This document shows, piece after piece, positions 9,644 through 18,811 of a DNA stretch of 64,000 nucleotides. Each line of letters opens with the position of its first letter. Positions within the stretch are counted from its first letter, which is position 1. The notes below the pieces were generated by a model. That model was not told where the DNA came from. It worked only from the letters and a program-made list of their open reading frames with translations, and searched no databases. A program made the position numbers and the translations under genes. The stretch is taken from positions 53,414 to 117,413 of the forward strand of contig CAZMYL010000002.1 of NCBI GenBank assembly GCA_964570505.1, in the 5' to 3' direction. The DNA comes from an uncultured Pseudomonadota bacterium. GTDB lineage: Bacteria > Babelota > Babeliae > Babelales > CAIQNR01.

Positions 9644-12313
9644 ATGAAGAAGCTTGCCTTTATTTTATTTTCACTCACAGCTCTAGCTTCTTGGAGCTTG
9701 TCAGCAGAAATTATACCTGTTACAAAAAATTCTACTGTCTTCAAAAAACAAGAGGATTTTTCAGTAGATGAAAAACTTATATCATTTAGATTTAATCAAG
9801 CTCCATTAATTGAAATAATAAACATGCTTGCCGAAGAAAAAGGTCTCAATATAGTAATTCCAGCAGGGCAACAATCAATCGCTGAAAAAGTTACTTTTGA
9901 AATGCCAGAAAAAATAACTGTTGGAGAGGCGTGGGAAAGGCTTTTGAGCTTTTTAAGAATATGTGGATATTCGGTAATCTTTCAAAGAGAGTTTGTAACA
10001 ATCATAAAAAATGATCCTAAAGACACATCGCGTCAACCATTTCCTCTTTATGTACAAACCAGCACAAGTGTTATTCCTAATACTGATGAAAAAATTCGTT
10101 ATCTTTACTATTTTTATAACATGCAACTTTCAGGTGACTCAAATAGCGGATCTGTTATAGATATATTACAAGCATTTCTTTCCAAAGATGCAACAATATT
10201 ACCTTTAGATGATGGTAGTAACGGAATTGTAATAACTGATGGAGCTCGTCATATTGCTTCAACTATCAATCTTCTTAAAGAACTTGATGAAAGGATGCTG
10301 GGCAACGAAGGAAGAGAAGTTGTTAAACTCAAACACACCGTAGCAACAACAATTGCTGCTTACTTACAATCAATAATTAATCCATCAGGAAAGCAAATGG
10401 CAGGGGATATTGGAGCACCAGCAATGTCTCAATATTTTTCAAAAAACATTCGTATTGTTCCAGAACCTCGAACAAATTCTCTTATTTTATTAGGCAAAAA
10501 AGAACCCCTTGCTCGTATAAAATTATTTATAGAAGAATTTATTGATATAAAATTAGATTCAGGAGAATCAATTTTACATATTTATGATTTACAATATCTA
10601 GATGCAGCAACATTTAAACAAACATTAAGCAGTATTTTAGCTTCACAAGGAGCTGCCTCAAGTCAATCAAGTGGTTCTACTGCCAATAGCTCTGGGCAAC
10701 AATATTTTAAAGATGTAAAAATAGTCGCAGAATCAACACAAGCAGTTAACCCAGCAACGCTTGCTAGCGTTTCTTCTGGTAATGTTTCTGCCAATAATCA
10801 AGCAGGTAATCGATTAATTATTGCAGCAAAACGAGATGACTGGTTAAGAATAGAAAAACTTATTAAAGACTTAGATAAGCCTCAGCTTCAAGTAGCCATT
10901 GAAGTGTTAATTGTTGACTTGACTGTAGCTGAAGATAAAATTCTTGGCGCTCAATTACGCAATCTTTCTAGTTTAAGCATTGGAAGTGCAAATTTCCAAA
11001 CATCACACTTAGGTGGTAACGCAAATGGAGTATTTATTGAAGCTCCAGCAATAAATAGTACTAGTGGCGATCAGCTTAAGTCTGATCTTTTGCAAAAAAC
11101 TGGTAACAACTCTGCAGGAAACCAAGAAAATATGGCTTCTGGTTTTACAGCAGGTTCATTTATTTTATCATTTAAAGATCCTGCAACTAATGGTATGTGG
11201 CTTATTACGCAAATGCTTAATACATATCAAGATGCAAAAATACTTTCACAACCATTTATTGTTACGCTCAATAATCAACCAGGATCATTTAGCACAGTTC
11301 AAAGCAAATTGCTTGCAGGTGGATCAAGCGTTATTCCTGGTGGTGGTGGTGTACAATCATATAAAGAAAACGTCAAAGCTACCTTAGGTGTTAAATTAAC
11401 TCCTATGATAAGCCGTGATATGAGAATTAATTTAGCAATAGATGTATCTATTCAAGAATATCAAGATACTAACTCAACAGTTATTTTAAATAGAGCAATA
11501 CATACAAACGTCAATATTCGTGATGGCGAAATATTAGTTCTTGGAGGATTAACAAAAACAACTTTAACAAAAAGTGAGCGCTCAACACCAATTTTAAGTA
11601 GAATTCCAGTAGTTGGTAATCTTTTTAAAAGCAAAGACAATGCAAAATCAAAAGACAATCTTCTTGTTTTTATATCTCCTCGCATCATAATGCCAAGAAA
11701 AGAAGGTATATTTGATGCATACACCGCAAGTAAAATATCTAACGTTAATAAAATGTTTGATAACAACAATATGGAAAGTTTAAAAGATCCTATTACTCAC
11801 TGGTTTTTTGGCTCTGATCAAGATGAATTAGCAGTTAAAAAAGTAAAAATGCTCGGCAAAAAAGACCTATTTGATCAAGATATTGATTTAGAGAATGAAC
11901 GATCTTCAAAAATAATTATTGTAAATAAAAATGAGCAACTCTCTCCATCTGACATTAAAGAATCCGTTTCTTTAATTCCATCTCCAGACAAAACAGAATT
12001 AGACAAAACAGCTACTGGATTACCAAAATTAATTGTCCAAGCTCCTCCAAAAATAAATAACGTAAAAAAAGAAACAGATGAAGTTTTAAATGAAGCAATT
12101 TTAATGGAAGAGCTTAATAATCAACAAAATGAATCCTCACAGAAAAAAATAATTGAACGAACAAAAACAGGAATCCCTAAGATTATTGTAAAGCATCCAG
12201 AAAATATAATTAGAGAAAAAAAAGAAGAAGAATCAAATAACAATTTTGAGTATCTTAATAAAGAAGATGCTAATTTAAAAAAATTAGCATCACAACTTAA
12301 ACCTATTAATTAA
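9644..12313 (+). CDS. gspD: secretin, GspD family (paralog 2) with long C-terminal extension
   Basis: The ORF is 889 aa with a signal peptide. The N0-like block is ISFRFNQAPLIEIINMLAEEKGLNIVIP, and the N-domain motif is VPEPRTNSLILLG. The core reads LQVAIEVLIVDLTVAEDKILGAQ ... ILVLGGLTKT ... TPILSRIPVVGNLFKSK ... LLVFISPRII. A tail of about 200 aa follows. Confidence 0.9.
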   Translation: MKKLAFILFSLTALASWSLSAEIIPVTKNSTVFKKQEDFSVDEKLISFRFNQAPLIEIINMLAEEKGLNIVIPAGQQSIAEKVTFEMPEKITVGEAWERLLSFLRICGYSVIFQREFVTIIKNDPKDTSRQPFPLYVQTSTSVIPNTDEKIRYLYYFYNMQLSGDSNSGSVIDILQAFLSKDATILPLDDGSNGIVITDGARHIASTINLLKELDERMLGNEGREVVKLKHTVATTIAAYLQSIINPSGKQMAGDIGAPAMSQYFSKNIRIVPEPRTNSLILLGKKEPLARIKLFIEEFIDIKLDSGESILHIYDLQYLDAATFKQTLSSILASQGAASSQSSGSTANSSGQQYFKDVKIVAESTQAVNPATLASVSSGNVSANNQAGNRLIIAAKRDDWLRIEKLIKDLDKPQLQVAIEVLIVDLTVAEDKILGAQLRNLSSLSIGSANFQTSHLGGNANGVFIEAPAINSTSGDQLKSDLLQKTGNNSAGNQENMASGFTAGSFILSFKDPATNGMWLITQMLNTYQDAKILSQPFIVTLNNQPGSFSTVQSKLLAGGSSVIPGGGGVQSYKENVKATLGVKLTPMISRDMRINLAIDVSIQEYQDTNSTVILNRAIHTNVNIRDGEILVLGGLTKTTLTKSERSTPILSRIPVVGNLFKSKDNAKSKDNLLVFISPRIIMPRKEGIFDAYTASKISNVNKMFDNNNMESLKDPITHWFFGSDQDELAVKKVKMLGKKDLFDQDIDLENERSSKIIIVNKNEQLSPSDIKESVSLIPSPDKTELDKTATGLPKLIVQAPPKINNVKKETDEVLNEAILMEELNNQQNESSQKKIIERTKTGIPKIIVKHPENIIREKKEEESNNNFEYLNKEDANLKKLASQLKPIN

Positions 12314-12326
12314 AAGTTGAGATCGA

Positions 12327-13580
12327 TCAATCAATCTGATCTAAAAGATACATAGTTAAATTATCTTCTATCTCTATAAGTCGATTGTACTTTGCTATGC
12401 GTTCACCTCTTGAACAACCGCCAAGTTTAATTTGCCCAGCACTTGTGCCAACAACAAGATCTGTTATAAACGTTTCATTTGTTTCACCTAAGCTATGAGA
12501 AATAATTACATTAGCCCCCAATTCTTGAACAAATGCAATCGCCTGTAATATTTCAGTTACAGTTCCTATTATATTAGGTTTTATTACTATACTATTTGCT
12601 ACGCCATCCTGTAATCCACGTAGTATTTTGCTTTCTTCAGAAGAAAATAAATCATTACCTATGATTTGCAAAGTCTTTCCTAAATCATGAGTTAAATTTT
12701 TCCAACCCTCTTCATCTTGATTAGAAAATCCATCCTCTATAGAAAACAATGGATAAGTATCAGCAATTTTTTTGTAAAGTTTTAACATTTCTTCAGAATT
12801 TTTTTCTTCTGAAAAAATTAAATATTTTCCAGTATTTTGATTAAAAAAATGCTGAGATCCTGCATTAATTCCAATAACAAAAACATCATTAAGTTTTGAT
12901 TGCTTTAATGCTTCTACAATAAAATCAAATGGTTCAAAAATTGAAGAAAAGTTGGCATTAATACCTCCTTTGTCTCCTATGGCGATATGTTTTTTATTTT
13001 CTTTAAGAAGTTCACTTAAACATTTAGAAACAATTATTGCTTGCTCAAATGAATGTTTAAAATTTTGAGCACCAACTGGAACTAATAAAATTTCTTTAAA
13101 AGGAAATGATGAATCAGAAGAAGTCCCACCTTCTACAATAGTTATGAATGGGAATGGCAAAAGCACAGTCTCTGCATTAAACAATTCCGTTATTAATTCA
13201 AAAACTTCACATTCATAAATAATCGCTTGTGCTTTGCATATAGCCATACTAACAGCCAATAATGCACTTTTTCTAATTTTTTTTTTATCTTTATCGATAC
13301 TATTCTTATAGAAGTCCAATAAAATTGCATCCATTAAAGAAACGTCTGGCTCTCTGCCAATTAAAATTGGCGCTATTACAGATTCAATCATTTTAATTAA
13401 ATCCGCAATAGAGTAATTCTCTGTGTCATTTAGGTCTAAATAATCAGCAGAATTTTCATACCAATCAGATGGAACTGAAGCTTCAACGGTAGTTCCATCC
13501 TCCAATGAAATTAAGCAAGCCAATGTAGGATATCCTCTAGAGTCAAAAATTTCTTTTGCTCTAACTCTGGAAATGTTCAC
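12327..13580 (-). CDS. eno: enolase-family protein with a degenerate active site (possible pseudo-enolase)
   Basis: The ORF is 417 aa with a clear enolase scaffold: RAKEIFDSRGYPTL, FSIEDGF, SIVIKPNIIGT and AGQIKLGGCSRGERIAKYNRLIEIED. Several catalytic motifs are altered; see the finding for 12327-13580. Confidence 0.85.
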   Translation of the reverse strand: MNISRVRAKEIFDSRGYPTLACLISLEDGTTVEASVPSDWYENSADYLDLNDTENYSIADLIKMIESVIAPILIGREPDVSLMDAILLDFYKNSIDKDKKKIRKSALLAVSMAICKAQAIIYECEVFELITELFNAETVLLPFPFITIVEGGTSSDSSFPFKEILLVPVGAQNFKHSFEQAIIVSKCLSELLKENKKHIAIGDKGGINANFSSIFEPFDFIVEALKQSKLNDVFVIGINAGSQHFFNQNTGKYLIFSEEKNSEEMLKLYKKIADTYPLFSIEDGFSNQDEEGWKNLTHDLGKTLQIIGNDLFSSEESKILRGLQDGVANSIVIKPNIIGTVTEILQAIAFVQELGANVIISHSLGETNETFITDLVVGTSAGQIKLGGCSRGERIAKYNRLIEIEDNLTMYLLDQID

Positions 13581-13601
13581 TCACTCTCCCTTTCTTTTTT
13601 A

Positions 13602-15392
13602 TTACTCTTTTTTAAATTTATCTTTTTGTGCAAGCACAGATAAACCATATTCTCGAAGAACTGAAGCTTCCGCAGTTGTTGGAGCCTGCATCATAGGATC
13701 GTGACCTCTTTGAGTTTTAGGAAATGCAATAACTTCTCGAATTGAATTTACTTTTGCAAGAATCATAATAAATCTATCAATGCCTAAAGCTATACCGCCA
13801 AGAGGGGGAAATCCATACTCAAGAGCTTCAAGTAAAAATCCAAATTTCTTTTGCATGTCTTCTTCTTTAAGGCCAAGCAATTCAAAAACTTTCGCCTGTA
13901 GTTCTTTGTTGTAAATACGTATAGAACCTCCTCCAAGCTCCATACCATTGCAAACTAAATCATATGCTTGAGCTGTCATTTGATCAGGAGATTGCTGCTC
14001 CCATCCAACTGCTGGAGCAGTAAATGGGTGGTGCACAGAATTCCATTTCCCAGTTTCTTCATCCATTTCAAAAAGTGGAAAATCGACAACCCAACATAAA
14101 TGCAAAATGTCTTGATTAATAAGACCTAATTCTTTACCAAGACCTAATCTTAAGCGTCCAAGTATTTCCCAAGTTAATTTATATTGACCTGCAACAAAAA
14201 ACAAAGTATCGCCATATTCGAGATCTTTAAAAATAGCCTTAGATTTTTCATAAAAATCATTTGGTAAAAAATTTGATACAGGAGATTCAATAGACCCATC
14301 TGAGGCAAATCTAACATAAAGCAATCCTTTTGCTCCAAACTCTTGCGCTTTTGTTACCCATGAATCAAGTTGAGATCGAGTAAACGTTGACTTATTAACA
14401 TGTAATGCACCTACTTTGCCACCTTTTTCCAAAACAGTTTGTAAAAACTTTAATTCTGTTTTTTCAAAAAGCGATGAAGCATCATAAATTGGCATACCAA
14501 ATCTTAAGTCAGGCTTATCACTTCCGTACGCATGAAATGCTTGTTGGTAAGTAATTACCGGAAGGGGAAGTTTGATTTCTATATTAAAAATTTTTTTAAA
14601 TACATAAACGAGCATTTGATCAATAACACCACGAATATCATGAGCATCAATAAAAGACATTTCTATATCAAGCTGAGTAAATTCAGGCTGCCTATCTGCT
14701 CGCAAATCTTCATCTCTAAAGCAACGTGCTATTTGGAAATATCGCTCTATTCCACCTGCCATTAACAACTGTTTATATAGTTGTGGCGACTGAGGAAGAG
14801 AATAAACAGAACCATGATGTAGTCTGCTTGGAACCAAAAATTCACGCGCTCCTTCTGGTGTGTTTTTTGTTAAAACAGGAGTTTCAATTTCAAAAAATCC
14901 GCGTTGTATAAAAAATTCACGCATAGTAAAAAGAACAATACTACGCAAAGCTAAACGTTGTTGCATTTCTGGTCTACGAAGGTCTAAATAACGATAACGA
15001 AGACGCAATTCTTCATCAATTTTTTCGCCATCTTCAAGAGCAAACGGTAATTGTTTTGCACTATTAAGAAGAATCATCGAAGAAACTTGTAATTCAAATT
15101 TACCTGTTGGCATTTTATCATTAATTGTTTCATTTGATCGCTTTACAACTTTGCCAGTAACAGAAATAACAAACTCTGAGCGTAAGTTTTGAGCTTGGTC
15201 ATGAGCTTCTTTAGAATAATCAGGATTAAACACAATTTGCATAATTCCAGTACGATCACGCAAATCAACAAAAATCAATCCTCCATGATCTCTTCTTCTA
15301 GAAATCCAACCATTAAGCACAACTTCCTGATTTAGATTTTTTTCTCCAACTAATCCGCACTCTACTGTACGCTTCCAAGTTTGTATTGCCAT
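13602..15392 (-). CDS. aspS: aspartyl-tRNA synthetase
   Basis: The ORF is 596 aa. It has class II motifs (FQIARCFRDEDLRADRQPEFTQLD; GGGSIRI; GIALGIDR) and an N-terminal OB-fold anticodon-binding domain. Confidence 0.95.
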   Translation of the reverse strand: MAIQTWKRTVECGLVGEKNLNQEVVLNGWISRRRDHGGLIFVDLRDRTGIMQIVFNPDYSKEAHDQAQNLRSEFVISVTGKVVKRSNETINDKMPTGKFELQVSSMILLNSAKQLPFALEDGEKIDEELRLRYRYLDLRRPEMQQRLALRSIVLFTMREFFIQRGFFEIETPVLTKNTPEGAREFLVPSRLHHGSVYSLPQSPQLYKQLLMAGGIERYFQIARCFRDEDLRADRQPEFTQLDIEMSFIDAHDIRGVIDQMLVYVFKKIFNIEIKLPLPVITYQQAFHAYGSDKPDLRFGMPIYDASSLFEKTELKFLQTVLEKGGKVGALHVNKSTFTRSQLDSWVTKAQEFGAKGLLYVRFASDGSIESPVSNFLPNDFYEKSKAIFKDLEYGDTLFFVAGQYKLTWEILGRLRLGLGKELGLINQDILHLCWVVDFPLFEMDEETGKWNSVHHPFTAPAVGWEQQSPDQMTAQAYDLVCNGMELGGGSIRIYNKELQAKVFELLGLKEEDMQKKFGFLLEALEYGFPPLGGIALGIDRFIMILAKVNSIREVIAFPKTQRGHDPMMQAPTTAEASVLREYGLSVLAQKDKFKKE

Positions 15393-15508
15393 TTTTTCCC
15401 TTGATTGATCAAAAATAAAATGTCTATTAATTACTATTTATAAACATATAAATAATTGATTACTTTAACATAACTACTTCCGATTAGAAAGTTAGATATT
15501 TATATAAT

Positions 15509-15538
15509 AAAAGACATATATAAAAAAATATGTCTTTT
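15509..15538 (-). terminator. hairpin downstream of the OMP gene (candidate intrinsic terminator)
   Basis: A perfect 11-bp stem pairs aaaagacatat (15509-15519) with atatgtctttt (15528-15538) around an 8-nt loop. The stem is A/T-rich, and on the minus strand it is followed by a U-rich tract (ttttattatat). Confidence 0.4.
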
Positions 15539-15583
15539 ACATAGATTCAAAAGCATTGATCAATGAATAAATTAATCAATTAA

Positions 15584-17503
15584 TTAAAATGTATAAGTTA
15601 ATCCAGTTGCAAAACTATACGCAACATCACTCCACAAGAGCGGGAAATAATCCGGCAAATCTGTAGGGTCAACTGAATCAAGTTGCTTTCTTTGGGCTAA
15701 TGTAAATGGCTGACCATGAACATCAACATAATGAGAGCCTGGCTGAAACACTGCCATCATAAAATCAACAACAACGTTATCACTTAAATTTGCTCTAGAT
15801 ATTAAATTAAATTCTGTTCCCAAAAACTTGCTTGCTTTTTGATCAGTTGTAAGCTTTGTTAATAAATCAAATTTATTTCCAGGAGCCTGCTCCCAATAAA
15901 CAAGAAGATTTGGATTTAAAGCAGTCTTAAAATGTGATTCTTTATTTAAATAACTTAAACTAACACCCGTAAAAACTAAATTACTAAAAGTATCAACTAT
16001 TGTTGAAAACAAGTTTCCAGTTGGAGGTGTAGAAAGAGGTCGAACAAGCTTCTTGCTTCCACCCATCACAAAGACACTCTTAACTAATTTACCAGCATAT
16101 AACTCTTGCAAACTCACAAAACCCTTATAATCTCCATCAACCTTAGAAGCTAAAGGATCTAATAAATTAGTATTTGGATTCATATCTCCACTTGCAATAC
16201 CAGCTGTAAAAGCAAGTTTTAAGTCTCTTTTATATGCCCAATAACCAATATCACTTACAAACATATATCCTTTGTAAATATTAGTATAAGGCGCTCTGAA
16301 GCGAATAGGGCTATTATAATAAGTTGTCCCTGGAATTTGAGCTCCATTAAAATCTATTGATCTTGGAACACTATTTACCGCTTTTCTTGTTGCAGTGTCT
16401 AATGCATTATAAACAAGCTGTTCAGCTGGTCCTACAGGATAAACTGCAGGATTAACGGTATATACATCTGAAAATGTATATGTTGTAACCCCATTAACAT
16501 TCAATCTTTGAATAACGTTACGATCAAGTCCTCTTACATCTTGAGCTCCAAAATTCATTGCTCCGTCAAAACCACCTTCCCAATCATTATATACAGCATC
16601 CATAGCCATACCAACGCTTGTTAATTTACTTTTAGCATCAGCATAAACTTCTATTGTTTGCTCTGGAGCGCTATTATGAACAACATATGGTTCAAATTTT
16701 AATTTTGAAGTATGTGTGGAAACAGGAGTAATATTTAAACGAACAGCTCCGATCCAATTAACTTTACCAAAGCCACGTGATGAATCTGGGGGTCTGTCAA
16801 AAAACTGAGCCTGAGTTTTCATTAAGTTATCAGATATTCCAGTGCTATTGTTTTGTAAAATTGCAGTATATATATCATAAGAAAAATCAAAATCTTTAAA
16901 AAATCCACCGGTAAATTTTACACCGTATGCGTATTGATCTACAGTGCCGTCTGTATAAAATCCTAATGTACCAGGATTAACAGCGTAAGCATCTCCTAAT
17001 GCAATACCACGTCCTAATTGAAAAGGAAAAGACCCAATAGTTAAACTATGAAATGGAGCATTTAATCCAAGAGCCTCTCTTAGGTCAACTTGAAACCAAG
17101 CTTCACGCAACCAAGTTAAAGGCAAATTAACAGTATGCTGGTGAGCTTCATCAAGTGGTTGTAAATAGCCTCCATCATCTTTTAACTGAACAAAAGATGT
17201 TTTACTCGTTTTATTATTACCCCACACAGCTTTCATGCGTAAATCTAAAACAGCCTCAACTACAGGATTATTTATATTAAAAAAAGCATCAAAGCTGATT
17301 CTATTAGCAAAACCCTTATCTGCACTTACAGAATTATTAAGTAAAGATGAAAAAATATCAAAGTTTGTACCTGTAGCAATTTTACCTTTAAATTCAAGGT
17401 TTTCATTTAAATCTTGATTAAAATATTGAAATTTTGCAAAAGAAGAAAATGTTCCAAAAAAAGTTACAAAAAGTAAAAAAAATTTTTTAAATTTTTTAAA
17501 CAC
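15584..17503 (-). CDS. outer-membrane beta-barrel protein (putative porin, family not recognised)
   Basis: The ORF is 639 aa with the signal peptide MFKKFKKFFLLFVTFFGTFSSFA. It is rich in alternating aromatic/Gly beta-strand patterns. The C-terminus GLTYTF ends in Phe, the typical OMP sorting signature. Confidence 0.6.
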   Translation of the reverse strand: MFKKFKKFFLLFVTFFGTFSSFAKFQYFNQDLNENLEFKGKIATGTNFDIFSSLLNNSVSADKGFANRISFDAFFNINNPVVEAVLDLRMKAVWGNNKTSKTSFVQLKDDGGYLQPLDEAHQHTVNLPLTWLREAWFQVDLREALGLNAPFHSLTIGSFPFQLGRGIALGDAYAVNPGTLGFYTDGTVDQYAYGVKFTGGFFKDFDFSYDIYTAILQNNSTGISDNLMKTQAQFFDRPPDSSRGFGKVNWIGAVRLNITPVSTHTSKLKFEPYVVHNSAPEQTIEVYADAKSKLTSVGMAMDAVYNDWEGGFDGAMNFGAQDVRGLDRNVIQRLNVNGVTTYTFSDVYTVNPAVYPVGPAEQLVYNALDTATRKAVNSVPRSIDFNGAQIPGTTYYNSPIRFRAPYTNIYKGYMFVSDIGYWAYKRDLKLAFTAGIASGDMNPNTNLLDPLASKVDGDYKGFVSLQELYAGKLVKSVFVMGGSKKLVRPLSTPPTGNLFSTIVDTFSNLVFTGVSLSYLNKESHFKTALNPNLLVYWEQAPGNKFDLLTKLTTDQKASKFLGTEFNLISRANLSDNVVVDFMMAVFQPGSHYVDVHGQPFTLAQRKQLDSVDPTDLPDYFPLLWSDVAYSFATGLTYTF

Positions 17504-17712
17504 TATAAAAACCCTTTCCTAAATATTATTGTTTATTTTTTAAAAAAAAGACTCATAAAGCCTTTATAGGCTTGATGATTGAGAACTAAATTATCGGCTA
17601 GTGTAATAGAGTGAGCCTCTTTGTCAATTTTTTAAAAATAACTACTTATAGAACGGGCTCTTAAGTATAATCATTAGATAAAAAATACTAACTTCAGACC
17701 AAGGATACTGTA

Positions 17713-18567
17713 ATGATAAAAAAATATGAAAAACCCTTATTAGGGGCACACATGTCAACCGAAGGAGGGCTTTATAATGCAATTATTAAAGGCAAAGAAA
17801 TAGAATGCACAGTTATTCAAATTTTCACAAAAAACAACAGGCAATGGAAATCAAAAAAGCTAACTAAAGAAGAAATAACTCAATTTCACAAAGCTCAAAA
17901 AGACTTTGATATAATGACAATATCTCATTGTTCATATCTTATAAATTTAGCATCCCCAGACAATACGATAAGAGAAAAATCTGTCGTAGCACTAAAGGAA
18001 GAAATAATTCGATGTAATGAATTATCTATACCCTATGCAATATTACACCCAGGAGCAAAATTAAATGGAGAAGAAAATCAAGCTCTTAAATGGATAGCTC
18101 AAGGTATAGACGAAGCCCTTGAGTCAAGTAATCAAAGCACCTGTGTTTTACTCGAAACAATGGCTGGGCAAGGCACCTCCTTAGGTCATACATTTGAACA
18201 ACTTGCAAAAATACTTTCTTTATTAAGAAACAACAAGAATGTTGGAATATGTATTGATACCTGCCACCTTTTTGCAAGTGGTTATAGATTCTCAACCAAA
18301 AAAGATTATGACGATTTATGGAAAAAATTTGATCAAATTATAGGAATCGAAAAATTAAAATGTATACATCTTAACGATTCAAAAAATGAATGCGGCAAAA
18401 ATGTTGATAGGCATGAAGAAATTGGAAAAGGGAAAATAGGAACAGAAGCCTTTCAATTTATTATGAATGATGTGGCGCTCAGCAATATTCCTAAAATTAT
18501 AGAAACCCCAAAAATAAACGATCTAAGCGATTTAGAAAATTTAAAAAAGTTAAAAGCTTTTATTTGA
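17713..18567 (+). CDS. nfo: endonuclease IV (AP endonuclease)
   Basis: The ORF is 284 aa. It has a TIM-barrel Nfo pattern: LGAHMS, ILHPG, LLETMAGQG, CIDTCHLFASGY and HLNDSK...DRHEEIGKG. Confidence 0.9.
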   Translation: MIKKYEKPLLGAHMSTEGGLYNAIIKGKEIECTVIQIFTKNNRQWKSKKLTKEEITQFHKAQKDFDIMTISHCSYLINLASPDNTIREKSVVALKEEIIRCNELSIPYAILHPGAKLNGEENQALKWIAQGIDEALESSNQSTCVLLETMAGQGTSLGHTFEQLAKILSLLRNNKNVGICIDTCHLFASGYRFSTKKDYDDLWKKFDQIIGIEKLKCIHLNDSKNECGKNVDRHEEIGKGKIGTEAFQFIMNDVALSNIPKIIETPKINDLSDLENLKKLKAFI

Positions 18568-18811
18568 AAAGATTAAAACGAAAGAGAAGAGAACTAGCCA
18601 AGAAAGAATCATTTAAAAAATCTCTTCTCCCCCATTTATACGCAGTGCTTTATCAATCACTCTATCTACAAAAAGAGTTCTTAAAGCATTTACAGAATCT
18701 CATTTTATTTTTCAAAAACAATTCAATTTATTTTTTGAAAAAAGCAACATCATGAAAAATAAAAACATTCAATTTTGATATTTAATGAAAAAAGCAACAA
18801 ATCTGCATTTT

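Noticed and set aside
11064-11769. Alternative-frame and antisense ORFs (107 aa and 102 aa) inside secretin 2.
   Set aside because: They are embedded in a gene with strong secretin motifs and have no independent signals.
18564-18755. A 63-aa Lys/Arg-rich ORF overlapping the nfo stop, with a TTG start.
   Set aside because: It has a non-ATG start, no RBS, low-complexity composition and nothing recognisable. It is possibly real but unsupported.
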